Origin: the human T2T-CHM13v2.0 reference genome, Homo sapiens | Assembly: GCF_009914755.1 (NCBI RefSeq) | Contig: NC_060948.1 | Length of the DNA: 64,000 nucleotides | Direction: 5' to 3' (one strand) | In this document: piece by piece, positions 14,368-31,941 of the stretch | How the letters are laid out: every line of letters begins with the position of its first letter | Numbering within the stretch: the first letter of the stretch is position 1 | Program-made: the position numbers and the translations under genes | The notes under the pieces: generated by a model | Databases searched by the model: none | Seen by the model: the letters and a program-made list of their open reading frames with translations, nothing else | What the model was told of the DNA's origin: nothing

Positions 14368-16500
14368 ATGTGCAGTGTAAGCATGTTTCTATTACATACA
14401 CTGATGTTGTTATCATTTCTGCCTATATTAAAAGGGGAGGAATCTCTAGAAAGATGCCCACACTGTGTACATACTACCTGGGTAAGGAATACCTTAGTTA
14501 AAACTCTACTGTACCATACCTACAGTACAGGAACCAAGTTAGGAACCTGCGCATACAACCAGATCACCTCTTCAGTCTGTGACCCAGGAAATAATCAGCT
14601 GCATGCATGTCATGACCCTAAGCGCTTACCCTATGAATTCTGGTTTGAGGTACACATTAACAGAAGGAGAAAAAGAAGGAGAGCTAATAGCTTGAATCAA
14701 AGAAGGCCCTCCATCCTACAAAAGATCTACTTCTTTGTACTTTGATGCCTGTCATGCCACATATGTTTATAATCCTGTAAAACCAAAAGCAGTCTGCAAT
14801 GGTTTAACACAAGACAGGATTAGCAACAGCAGCCCTAAACATCTGTACTGAGAACCACAAATTGGATGCCCAGACTGTAACATTCTGTGGTCTATGCTAA
14901 CACAGCTCCAACACTTATATTCAGGAAGGACTGCTCTGCTAAGTAGTATGTCAGCCAAACCAAATTGTAAGACAAGGACATGCAGTCCTTTAAATTTTAC
15001 TATCATATAGCCAGAGCTACCTTTCTGGTCTACAGGACAGACAGCAGCATTATGAGTTGATAGACAAGGAGCAGGCCTTGGAGTTCCACTACTAATTGTC
15101 AAAAAGACTAGAAGGACTCAAATGTGTCCAACCCTGCAATTCTGGGTCCATAAGTCATTCTGTAAGCATTTTGATCAGTCAGTGCCTGAGCTTCCCCTAT
15201 CAACCAAAAACTTATTTGCTCAACTAGCTGAAAACATAGCTGGCAGCTTAGGAATTTCCTCATGCTATGTAAGTGAAGGAACTCATATGGGGGACCAGCG
15301 GCAATGGGAGGCAAAGGAATTAATGCCACAACATAAATTCACTTTGCCTAATCCTGCCAGTGAACCAACAGCCTCAGCTAGTGTTTGGTTGTTAAAAACC
15401 TCCATAATTGGAAAGTACTGTATCGCCTGTTGGGGAAAGGCTTTCACAGAGGCAATGGGAAAAACAATAAGCCTAGGGCAACAGTATTATGATGAGAGTA
15501 AAAACAAAACTCTACGGAGAAACTCCCAGAACGACTCCTAGTTACCAGATCCAAATGCTTTCTCTTGATTCTCTACCCTAAGCCACTCTTGGCATCAGCT
15601 AAAGACTCCAAATGCTTGGAAAGCACCCTCTGGCCTATATTGGGTCTGTGGAGCATGGGCATATCGGCAACTGCTGGCTAAATGGACAGGGGCATGTGTG
15701 TTAGAAACAATCAAGCCATCCCTCTTTTTAATTCCTCTAAAGCAAGGGGAACTCTTAGGGTATCCAGTTTATGATGAAAATAAAAGAACTAGAAAAAGCA
15801 TAATGACAAAAATAGACACAAATGTCAAAAAGGATGCAGACATAGGAGACTGGAAGGATAATGAATGGCCTCCTGAAAGAATCATTAAATAGTATGGGCC
15901 CGCTATCTGAGCGCAAGTTGGGTCATGGGAATACCGCACCCCAATCTATATGCTCAACCGCATCATAAGGTTGCAGGCAGTCCTTGAAATAATAACCAAT
16001 GAAATGTCAAGGAAACTAGATTTATTGATAACACAAGCAACACAAATGAGAAATGCTACATATCAGAATAGATTGGCTTTAGATTACCTCTTAGCCTCAG
16101 AAGGAGGAGTATGTGGAAAATTTAATTTAACCAGTTGTTGCCTAGAAATGGATGATAATGGCCAAGCTCTAATGGAAACCACAGCTAGAATGTCCAAGTT
16201 GGCCCATGTTCCAGTTCAGACTTGGTCTGGATGGTCCCTGGATTCCTTGTTTGGAGGATGGTTCTCAATGTTTGGGGGATTCAAAACCCTCATTGGTGGG
16301 TTTTTGTTTATTCTTGGCATCTGCCTCATCCTCCCTTGCCTTTTACCCCTGTATATTAGGAGTATTTGTCAACTATAGAGGCAGTAGTAACCCGAAACAC
16401 TACCATGCTATTGACGGCATTAACCAAATATCAGCCACTGCCAATAAAAGAAACAGCTCAGCTCCGGGAAGAGATGGCAAATAGTGGTGCTTTCTATTAA
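14368..16500 (+). pseudogene. env: Proviral env (ERV3/HERV-R-like), disrupted
   Basis: Signal peptide and CxxC ([16 protein letters not shown]); [12 protein letters not shown]; TM with [21 protein letters not shown]...CC (16061-16141) and a hydrophobic membrane anchor; several stops and frameshifts. Confidence 0.92.
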
Positions 16501-16522
16501 CATCTTTGTTTTAAAAAGCACC

Positions 16523-16534
16523 AAATGGGGGAAA
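16523..16534 (+). promoter_or_regulatory. Polypurine tract
   Basis: aaatgggggaaa immediately before the 3' LTR. Confidence 0.8.
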
Positions 16535-17018
16535 TGGAAGAGGAATTGAAAGAAATTAAAGAACGTGTAAGCAAAAACTCAGTCGTATATAAGAAAACCC
16601 AGTTCCCCCTGAGGAAGAGAAAGAGCTGGAGTCCTTTAAAATTAACTGCCTGTTTTTCTGTGGCTAGTGAGCCTTATCTCTCCCTTTCCCAGGTATTGTG
16701 AAGACCCTGTTTCTCTAGCTGTGCAGCTGCAAGGTCACTAGGCAGATAATCTCAAGTCGTAAAACATGTTGTTTCTTGAAAAGTAAGAACTGATGTAATG
16801 CATATCTCAATTGAATAACTGTCTTTGTTTCTCTCTTCTGTAATATGCTTCACCCTGCACAGATCTCCTCCAACCCCACAAAATGCCTAAAAGGTAGCTT
16901 GACTCTGTTCACAGCTCAGTTCTTTGGGTGTTAATCTGACTGGGTCGGTGCACCTAAATAATTAAATAATTCCTCCTCAACCCCTAGGTCTCTCTGATTC
17001 CTTAATTATCCTGCTGCA
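16535..17018 (+). repeat. 3' LTR (LTR15-like)
   Basis: TG...CA termini; direct repeat of the 5' LTR. Confidence 0.95.
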
Positions 17019-17916
17019 TTTCCTCATCCAACATGGACATATTTCATTTCTATCTCTTGCCTGGTTGTTTTGATTAGGAGAACCAGTTCTGTGTTGAATA
17101 GGAGTGGTGAAAGTCAGCATTTTGTCTTGCTTCATTTCTTAAAAGAGAATTTCACTGTTCCCCATTCATTATACTGTTAGCAGGTTTATCTTTATGGTGT
17201 TTATTACATTTAGATATGACACATCCATGCCTAGTTTACTGAGTTTTATTATAAAGGCTGTTAAATTTATCAACTGCTTCTTATTGTACCTATTCAGATG
17301 ATCATATAGGTCCATTCCTCTTTCTTTTTATGTTAAGTACCATATTATTAATTTGTATATGTTATACAATTCTTACATCTTTAGAGTAAATCCCACTTGA
17401 TAGTGATGTATTATCTTTCTGGAGTGCAGTTGGAGTCAGTTACAAGTATTTTGTTGAGGAGTTTTGCATTTATGTTCCTCAGGGATATTGCCTATAGATG
17501 ATTTTTTATTTTTTGTTGTCTTTTGTTGGTATTTGATGTTAGGATAATCATGGCCTCATAGAATGAGTTAGGAAGGGAGAATTTGCTCCCTTTCAATTAT
17601 TAAAAATGGTTTGAGGAGAGTTCTTGTTACTTCTTCTTTGAATGTTTGGTAGCATGCAGTAGTGAAGCCAGGCCTGTCCTAGACTCTTTTTTGTTGGAAT
17701 ACTTTTATTCATGATTCAAAATCATTTGTTGTTATTTGTCTGTTTAGGTTTTCTATTTCTTCATAATTCAATCTTAGTAGATTGCATGAGTCTAGGAATT
17801 CATCTATTTCTTCCAGGTTTTCTAGTTTCTTAGTATGTGGTTGTCCATAAAAGTCTCTGATAATCTTTTGTATGTCTGCAGTGTCAGTTATAATGTTTGT
17901 TTGTTTTCATTTCTGA

Positions 17917-18408
<492 letters not shown>

Positions 18409-18793
18409 TCTTTTTCTTTATTTTTTAAAAATCAATTTCTTATTTAAATGAAACATTGTGTTATTCCTTTAGTCTCTATTTTGTTTAATTCTGCTCGATT
18501 TTCATGAATTATTTTCTTCTACCAATTTTGAGTTTGATTTCTTATTGCTTTTCTAGTGCTACTGGTGCAGTGTTATATAGATTATTTGAAGTCTCTCAAG
18601 TGTTTTGATATGAGTTTATTACTATAAACCTCCCTGTTAGCACTCTTTTTGCTATATACCTTAGGTTTGATTGTTTAGTTTAGATATTTTTGTATTTCAA
18701 GGAATTTTAAAGTTTCATCCATAATTTCTTCCTTGACCCAAGGTTCACTCCAGAGCATCTTGTTTAATATTTAAGTATTTGTACAGTTTCTAA

Positions 18794-19167
<374 letters not shown>

Positions 19168-19286
19168 TTGTTGAATCATTTTTTGTGCCCTGGTAGATGG
19201 TCTATCCTGGCAAATAGTCCATGTGCTGATTAGAAGAACGTATATTCTGTGCCTGCTGGATGAAGTGTTTCGTAGGCATCTGTTAG

Positions 19287-19448
<162 letters not shown>

Positions 19449-19988
19449 TAAAGCTCAGTTTAAATCCAATGTATCTTTGTTAATATTCTATCATCTAGAT
19501 TATCTATCTAATGATGAGAGTGAGGGGTTGAAGTCTTCAATTACTATTGTATATGAGTCTCTCTTTTCCTTTAATAGTATTCACTTTATATTTCTGGCAG
19601 TTATAATGTTGGTCGCATATATATTTAGAATTGGCATATCCTCTTGCTGAATTGATCCCTTTATCATTATATAAAGACCTTATTGGACTCTTTTTACTTT
19701 TTTGAACGCATTTCTTTTATGTAAATATAGCTACTTTTATAGTAGCTACATTTACAATTGGTTAATAATACTTTTTGGCACCCTGCCACCATACCTCAGG
19801 GCTGGTTATTCTTGATTTCTGTTTGCCTGGAATATTTTTTTCCATCCATTTACTTTTACTCTGTATTTGTCCTAATGCATGATATGAGTTCTTGCAGGCA
19901 CAGTGTAGTTCAGCCATTCATGAAAATCCATTTAGCCAGTATATATATTTCAAGTGAACAATTTAATCTATTTACATTCAAGGTTATT

Positions 19989-20545
19989 TGCTGAGATCAG
20001 CTCGATCATGGAGACCCCATCCCAGCCGCACTAGAGGAATTGAAGACACAGACACAGAAATAGAAGAATCAGGAGGCTAACAGCCTTCAGAGCTGAGAGC
20101 CACAAACGGAGTTTGACCCATATATTTATTGACAGCAAGACAATGGTAAGCATTGTTTCTACAGGTTATAGATTAGGTAAAAGCATTTCTTATGGGAAAC
20201 AAAGCATTCTTAGCAAAGAGGAGAGAAACAGGCTCTGGCTGATTATCTGCAGCAAAAACATGTTAAGGCATAGGCCACTCCTGCTATTGTTTGAGGTTTG
20301 AGCAGTTTTCCATTCCAGGTGGGCCAAGTGTTCCTTGCCCTACTCCAGTTAGCCAGCAACTTCTAGCAGTGTGTGTTATAGCATCATGAGCATCTTGAAC
20401 CTGGGAGGTGGAGGTTGCAGTGAGCCGAGATCGTGCCACTGCACTCCATGATGCTATAACATGTAGTCACATTGCTGCAGAAATCCTGTTTATGGCCAAT
20501 TTCTTTAAGGCCCATTTATGACAAGCTTATGGCCTGTTCCCAGCA
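19989..20545 (-). mobile_element. MER9 (MER9B-like, HERV-K HML-3) solo LTR
   Basis: Minus strand TGCTGGGAACAGGCC...TGGCCATAAACAGGATTTCTGCAGCAATGTGAC resembles MER9; TG...CA termini; perfect 6-bp TSD gttatt at 19983-19988 and 20546-20551. Confidence 0.88.
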
Positions 20546-22420
20546 GTTATTAATATCTGAGGGCTAATTTCTATAATTTTATGAATTGAATTCTGGTGGT
20601 TTTGTTTAGCCCTTTGCTTTTCTTTCTCTTTGTTTATCATTGCAGTTTGGTGATTTTCTGTAGTAGTTACATTTGTAGTCATTCTCTTCATTATTTGTGT
20701 GTTTGCATTACCAGTGGGTTTTATAGTAGTGCGTGATTTCATCATGATAGACACTGTTGTTTCACTTCTAGATATATAATTCCCTTAAGCCTTTCTTATA
20801 GGGCAATTGGTGATAAATTTTTTCAGCTCTTGCTTATCTGGGAAATAATTTATTTCTCCTTCATTTATGAAGGATACCTTTACTGAACATATTATCCTTG
20901 AGTAGCAGTTTTTTTCTTTTAGCACTTTAAATATATCATCACATTCTCTCCTGGCCTGTAAAGTATCTACTGAAAAAAAATTCTTAGTCTGATGAGGATT
21001 TCTAAGTGGCCAGAAACTTTTCTTCTGCTGTTTCTAGAATTCTCTTTATTTTTAAATGTTGACAGTTTGAATACAATGTACCATGGAGAATACTTTTTGA
21101 ACTGTGTGCACTTGGGGATCTCTTTCTGTATCTGGACATTTAAATTGCATGCTAGGCTAGAAAATTTTCCCCTAGTCTTTCATCATATAGGTTCCCTAAC
21201 CATCCTCCCCCGTGTGTGCTGTTGCTGGAGAGGTGTTGTGATTACTTGGAGGAGAAGCAGCATTCTGGCTTTTGGAATTTTCAGCATTGTTGCACTGGTT
21301 TTTCCTCATCTTTGTGGATTTATGTACCTTTGACCAATGAGGCTGATGACCTTTGGATGGGGTTTTTGTCAGGGGGGAGTCTTTTTGTTGATGTTGTTGC
21401 TTTCTGTGTGTTAGTTTTTCTTCTAACACGCCCCTGTTTTGCAGGTTTGTTTCAGTATGCTGGGCGTCCACTCTAAACCCTGTTCTTCTATCACCAGTGG
21501 AAGATGCAGAACAGCAAAGACTGCTGCCTGTTCCTTTTTCAGGAAGCTTCATCCCAGGGGGGCACTGATTTGATACCACTGGGAGCTCTCCTGTATGAGG
21601 TACCTGTTGACCCCTGTTACATGGTCTCTCCCAGTCAGGAGGCATGGGGTTAGGAGCCCGCTTAAGGAGGCAGTCTGTCCCTTAGCAGAGCTAATGCTCT
21701 GTGCTGGGAGAAACCCCCTTATCAGCATCAGCCACTCTCTTCAGAGCTGGAAGGTGGGAGAGATTAAGTCTTCCAAACCTGAGACTGCTGCTGCCCCTCC
21801 CCTGACATGCTCTGTCCCAAGGATCTGAGAGTCTTCTCTGTAAGCCCCTGACTGGAGCTGCTGGATTTTCTGCAGAGATAGGCTGCCCAGTGAGGAGAAA
21901 TCTAGAGAACCAGTCTGGCCGCAGCCACTTAGCTGCACTGTGGTGAATTCTGCCCACTTCCCTTAGCACTGTTAGGGGAAAACCGCCTACTAAAGCCACA
22001 GTAATGGAGGTCACCTCTCCCCCCACCAAACTCAATCATCCCAGGCAGACTCCAGACTGCTGAGCTGGCAGTGAGAATTTCAAGCCAGGGTCCTGGTAGT
22101 GTAGGCTGACAAGGGAATCTCCTGATACGCAGATTGCAAAAACCCATGGGAAAAGCATAGTAGCCCAGGTGGGTAGCATAGTCCCTTACCACTTCCCTTG
22201 GCTGGGGGAGGGAGGTCCCCAGCTCCTTGCACTTCCCAGGTGAAGCACACCACACCCTGCTTCTTCTTGCTGTCTGTGCTGTACCCACTGCCTAGCCAGT
22301 CCCAGTGAGATGAACAGGGTACCTCAGCTGGAAATGTAGAAGTCACCTGCCTTCTGCATTGCTCTCACTGGGAGCTACAGACTGGGGCTGTTTCTATTCA
22401 GCCAACTTGAACCCTCCCCT

Positions 22421-22745
22421 TCATTGTGGTTTCTGATTTGCATTTCTCTAGTGATCAGTGATGTTGAGGGTTTTTTTCATATATTTGTTGGCTACATGTA
22501 TGCCTTCTTTTGAAAAGTGTCTGTTCATGTCTTTTGCTCAATTGTTAATAGGATTACTTTTCCTTACACATATTTTGAGTTCCTTATAGACACTGGATAT
22601 GGAAATTAGGCCTTTGTCAGATGCAGAGACTGCAAAAATTTTCTCCCATTCTATGGTTGTCTGTTTACTCTGTTGGTAGTTTATTTTGCTTTGCAGAAGC
22701 TCTTAAGTTTAATTAGATCCCACTTGTCAACTTTTGCTTTGGTTT
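22421..22745 (-). mobile_element. L1 ORF2 fragment
   Basis: tcattgtggtttctgatttgcatttctc...cagaagctcttaagtttaattagatccc resembles the young L1 at 25920-26230. Confidence 0.85.
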
Positions 22746-23304
22746 TTTCATTTTCTGAAGGAGAAAAAAACTCAGTTTGCAGGTGGGAAAGTTATGTGAT
22801 CCATGTCAAACTGAATGTGGGACAGGCACCCACTGAGAAAAAACACCTGTTATGGAAAAGTCCAAGGCAATAGAGCATATCATGGATATAACAATAAAAA
22901 TATGTACTTTTCCACTTATGACTACAAGCATTAGTCATTAGGTGATACATTTCACTTTATTCTTAAACTAGTGGTAATATAATTGTTAATCAAGCCACTA
23001 AAATGGGTTTTTATATTAACTTCCAAGACAAAAAGTTTTTTCTTAGTCAGAATTCCACTTCTCCAGCCAATATAAAACTCCTTGGCTAGTGAGAAAATTC
23101 TATTCATTTTACCTATTAAAAGCATAAAAATTTAGTCCCAAATTTTGTCTTTCCATGTGCACTCAAGAAACAATCTCCCTCTTCACCATCCCTTGTCTCC
23201 CCACCTTGCAAAGTCTGCAGACTCTGACTCTATTTCACTGTCACAACTACTTATTTTTTTCCACATTCCCCAAATCCGTATTTCCTCTTCAGGCTTCTTT
23301 TCAG

Positions 23305-23715
23305 TGTGTGGTCACTTCAGGTTGCTAGTTCAAATTAGTATAGACTGTGTACCTTAAACAGCAGAAATTTTCTCATAGTTCTGGAGGCTGAAGTCTAAGA
23401 TCAAAAGTGCCAGCAGACCCAATGTCCGGATATCAAATGACCAGGTGTCCAGAACCAAATGGTGAATGCCCATTTCTCAGTTTGCAGACAGCCCTCTTTT
23501 TACTGTATTCCTCTATGGCAGAGAAGACAAAAAAAAAAAAAAAGTAAGAAAGAAGAAGCTCTCAAATCTTTTATAATGGCACTAGTGTCATTCAGGAGGG
23601 ATCTGTCTTTATTACCTAGTTAAATTCCCGAAGACCCCAGCTCCTAATTCCATTACATTGTGGTTTAGGATCTCAACATCTAAATTTGGGGAAACTAAAA
23701 CATTTAGTGCATAGT
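23305..23715 (-). mobile_element. MaLR LTR (MLT1-like)
   Basis: ttaaacagcagaaattttctcatagttctggaggctgaagtctaagatcaa and aacatctaaatttggggga motifs typical of MaLR LTRs. Confidence 0.6.
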
Positions 23716-25424
23716 ACAAGATAAAGGCAGGATGGGGGATTTCTGCAAGAAGAGATGGGGCTTGGGAACAGTAAAACTTCCTCAGTGGACAAGTCTGTTT
23801 TACAACAAGAAAAGCTGGAAGAACTCCTGTTTTCAACCAAGAGACAAAAGTTTTTAGCTGCTGCTTCTCATCTCTCTGTTTCCCCTTCTCACCATAATAT
23901 TTCCGTCTCATCTTATTTCTGAGAGTTGTCCAGTGACATAAATAATAACGGAAGGGAAAACCAACCTTTCTTTTCCACAATAATATCCTTTCTATTTAAA
24001 CTCTTCAGCGTAGCCTCTTTAACCCTCTGCATTTCCCATCATATGGGATCCAAATCAGTTTCTTCCTCCTTAGTCCTGTGTTCCCCCATTTCCTAATAAG
24101 ACAATTTCAAGAAATCTTTGGAATAACTTATGAATTGAAGAAACACAGGTATTTCTAGGCATGGTCAGTGCTCCAACACTTCTGTATGAAAAAAGAGCTG
24201 GTCAATACCTAAAGAGAAATCATGTTAAATACAGAGAGATTACAAGGGCATTTCTAATATATGTCTCTCTGTAAATAAGATCTAGCACTATTACAGCAGC
24301 AATAAAATTTTGAAGTAAACTGCTCTTACAAAATAAAGCAGAAACCAAAAACTGAAGTTAGCACTCCCTGAAGGCAATCCCTCCCCCAAAATACTAAAAT
24401 GCTTGGCAAAAACTCTTAGAATCAGCCTTATCAGAACTCCAAAAATAGTCAAAAGTGTACCAAAACCAAAAACCTTAACAAAACCAAACCAAAACAAACC
24501 AAAAATCAAAAATCTTAGTAAATAAAAAAGCCACTACAGCACATTCGCGTTGCATTGTATTTTAACTTAACCTAGTTCCACCTCTTTCCCTAGCATGCCA
24601 GAAAACTTGAAGATGACAGCCCACATACATGGTGCATGTAGTCAGTTTCATAAGCAGCAAAATTAATCTTGCTCCAAGGAAATGAATGGTTTTTGTTTGA
24701 CTTTAATGGAAATTATTTTATGGACTTTCACAAGGTATGTTCCTTTGCTTTACCTAGCTTGGAGTTCATGTGGTCCTCAAGAAAAGCCAAATGAATAAGC
24801 CACTATTGTTGGCAGTAAAACGGCAACAAGAAACTACAATGTTGAGGACCACAGTAGACACCATGATAGCCTAAAAGGACATAGAGTAAAATTTTAGGAG
24901 AAAATAGGGTCTTTGAAAGACTGCTACCTATCAGGGACACCTACAAAGCCACACACATGCTTGGGAAACAACTGTAAAGACAATAAGGCAAAAGCTTTAG
25001 TGTTTTTTGTGTCTTTACACTCAGGCAAAAAAGAAGGCTAAGACAATGTTGTAAATTGGTCATGCGAAGCGTTGAAGAAGTGTCTCAACATACAGTCAAT
25101 CAACAAAGACATAGAGAAACATTTCCTTTTTCTCCTCTTCCTCTTTTCTTTCTTATTTGTACATGTAATAATGTTCAAAATATCCACTTTTCTTTTTTTT
25201 TTCTTTTTTTTCTTTTATTATTATACTTTAAGTTTTAGGGTACATGTGCAGATTGCACAGGTTAGTTACATAGGTATACATGTGCCATTCTGGTGCGCTG
25301 CACCCACTAACTCGTCATCTAGCATTAGGTATATCTCCCAGTGCTATCCCTCCCCGCTCCCCCCACCCCACAGCAGTCCCCAGATTGTGATGTTACCCTT
25401 CCTGTGTCCATGTGATCTCATTGT

Positions 25425-29262
<3,838 letters not shown>

Positions 29263-29310
29263 TTATTTTGCTCATTAGTTGATGCAGTTTCTTCCTAGTC
29301 TTGATGGTCT

Positions 29311-30325
29311 TTACATTTTGGCATGATTTTGCAGCGGCTGGTACTGGTTGTTCATTGCCATGTTTAGCGCTTCCTTCAGGAGCTCTTTTAGGACAAGCCT
29401 GGTGGTGACAAAATCTCTCAGCATTTGCTTGTCTGTAAAGTATTTTATTTCTCCTTCACTTATGAAGCTTAGTTTGGCTGGATATGAAATTCTGGGTTGA
29501 AAATACTTTTCTTTAAGAATGTTGAATATTGACCCCCACTCTCTTCTGGCTTGTAGGGTTTCTGCCGAGAGATCCGCTGTTAGTCTGATGGGCTTCCCTT
29601 TGAGGGTAACCCGACCTTTCTCTCTGGCTGCCCTTAACATTTTTTCCTTCATTTCAACTTTGGTGAATCTGACAATTATGTGTCTTGGAGTTGCTCTTCT
29701 CGTGGAGTATCTTTGTGGCGTTCTCTGTATTTCCTGAATCTGAACGTTGGCCTGCCTTGTTAGATTGGGGAAGTTCTCCTGGATAATATCCTGCAGAGTG
29801 TTTTCCAACTTGGTTCCATTCTCCCCATCACTTTCAGGTACACCAATCAGACGTAGATTTGGTCTTTTCACAGAGTCCCATATTTCTTGGAGGCTTTGCT
29901 CATTTCTTTTTATTCTTTTTTCTCTAAACTTCCCTTCTCTCTTCATTTCATTCATTTCATCTTCGATTGCTGATACCCTTTCTTCCAGTTGATCGCATCA
30001 GCTCCTGAGGCTTCTGCATTCTTCATGTAGTTCTCGAGTCTTGGTTTTCAGCTCCATCAGCTCCTTTAAGCACTTCTCTGTATTGGTTATTCTAGTTATA
30101 CATTCTTCTAAATTTTTTTCAAAGTTTTCAGCTTCTTTGCCTTTGGTTTGAATGTCCTCCCGTAGCTCAGAGTAATTTGATCATCTGAAGCCTCCTTCTC
30201 TCAGCTCGTCAAAGTCGTTCTCCGTCCAGCTTTGTTTCATTGCCGGTGAGGAACTGCGTTCCTTTGGAAGAGGAGAGTCACTGCGTTTTAGAGTTTCCAG
30301 CTTTTCTGTTCTGTTTTTTCCCCAT
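29311..30325 (-). pseudogene. L1 ORF1p, frameshifted
   Basis: ATG GGG AAA AAA CAG at 30325; ~2-bp deletion near 30280; the C-terminal 214 aa remain open. Confidence 0.9.
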
Positions 30326-30780
30326 CTTTGTGGTTTTATCTACTTTTGGTCTTTGATGATGGTGATGTACAGATGGGTTTTTGGTGTGGATGTCCTTTCA
30401 GTTTGTTAGTTTTCCTTCTAACAGACAGGACCCTCAGCTGCAGGTCTGTTGGAGTACGCTGCCGTGTGAGGTGTCAGTGTGCCCCTGCTGGGGGGTGCCT
30501 CCCAGTTAGGCTGCTCGGGGGTCAGGGGTCAGGGACCCACTTGAGGAGGCAGTCTGCCCGTTCTCAGATCTCCAGCTGCGTACTGGGAGAACCACTGCTC
30601 TCTTCAAAGCTGTCTGACAGGGACATTTAAGTCTGCAGAGGTTACTGCTGTCTTTTTGTTTGTCTGTGCCCCGCCCCCAGAGGTGGAGCCTACAGAGGCA
30701 CGCAAGCCTCCTTGAGCTGTGGTGGGCTCCACCCAGTTGGAGCTTCCCGGCTGCTTTGTTTACCTAATCAAGCCTGGGCA

Positions 30781-31089
30781 ATGGCGGGCGCCCCTCCCCC
30801 AGCCTCGCTGCCGCCTTGCAGTTTGATCTCAGACTGCTGTGCTAGCAATCAGCGAGACTCCGTGGGCGTAGGACCCTCCGAGCCAGGTGCGGGTTATAAT
30901 CTCGTGCTGCACCGTTTTTTAAGCCCATCGGAAAAGCGCAGTATTTGGGTGGGAGTGACCCGATTTTCCAGGTGCCATCCGTCACCCCTTTCTTTGACTA
31001 GGAAAGGGAACTCCCTGACCCCTTGTGCTTCCCAAGTGAGGCAATGCCTCGCCGTGCTTCGGCTGGTGCATGGTGCGCGCACCCACTGA
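30781..31089 (+). CDS. L1 ORF0 (antisense ORF in the 5'UTR), open, 102 aa
   Basis: MAGAPPPASLPPCSLISDCCASNQRDSVGVGPSEPG... with a strong Kozak context (gcaATGG); expression not shown. Confidence 0.7.
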   Translation: MAGAPPPASLPPCSLISDCCASNQRDSVGVGPSEPGAGYNLVLHRFLSPSEKRSIWVGVTRFSRCHPSPLSLTRKGNSLTPCASQVRQCLAVLRLVHGARTH

Positions 31090-31572
31090 CCTGCGCCCAC
31101 TCTCTGGCACTCCCTAGTGAGATGAACCTGGTACCTCAGATGGAAATGCAGAAATCACCCTCTTCTGCTTCGCTCACGCTGGGAGCTGTAGACCGGAGCT
31201 GTTCCTATTTGGCCATCTTGGCTTCTTCCAAAATATCCACTTTTCAACAAAACAGATGAAGAATGCAAAGAGACAAGAAAGCACACTCATTCACAGGAAA
31301 AAAAGTTAACAAAAACTATTTTTGGGGAACCAAAATGTTGGGTTTAGACAAACTTTAAATCAACTGTTCTATATGCTTAAACAACTAATAGAAATTGAAG
31401 ACAAAGAACTAAAGATAATCAAGAAAAATATATAAGAATAGAAATGTAGGTAAGACGTAATTATTTTAAAAGATTACAAATAGTAATTTTAGAGTTGAAA
31501 ATACATTATGTGAAATAAAAAATCCACTAGGGAGGTTCAGAAGCATATTGAAGCTAAGAAAAAAAAAAAAGA

Positions 31573-31941
<369 letters not shown>

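Larger units (their letters stand above)
7323..17018 (+). mobile_element. Defective full-length HERV15/RRHERV-I-type (ERV3-related) provirus; probably the distal AZFa HERV
   Basis: Two ~485-bp direct LTRs (~90% identical by hand alignment), PBS-Ile, gag/pro/pol/env motifs in order, PPT before the 3' LTR, candidate TSD tttc (7319-7322 and 17019-17022). Family name comes from the PBS, the ERV3-like env and recalled LTR15 sequence. Confidence 0.9.

Noticed and set aside
14254-16500. Domesticated env (syncytin- or ERV3-1-like gene)
   Set aside because: Broken into several short frames by stops and frameshifts.
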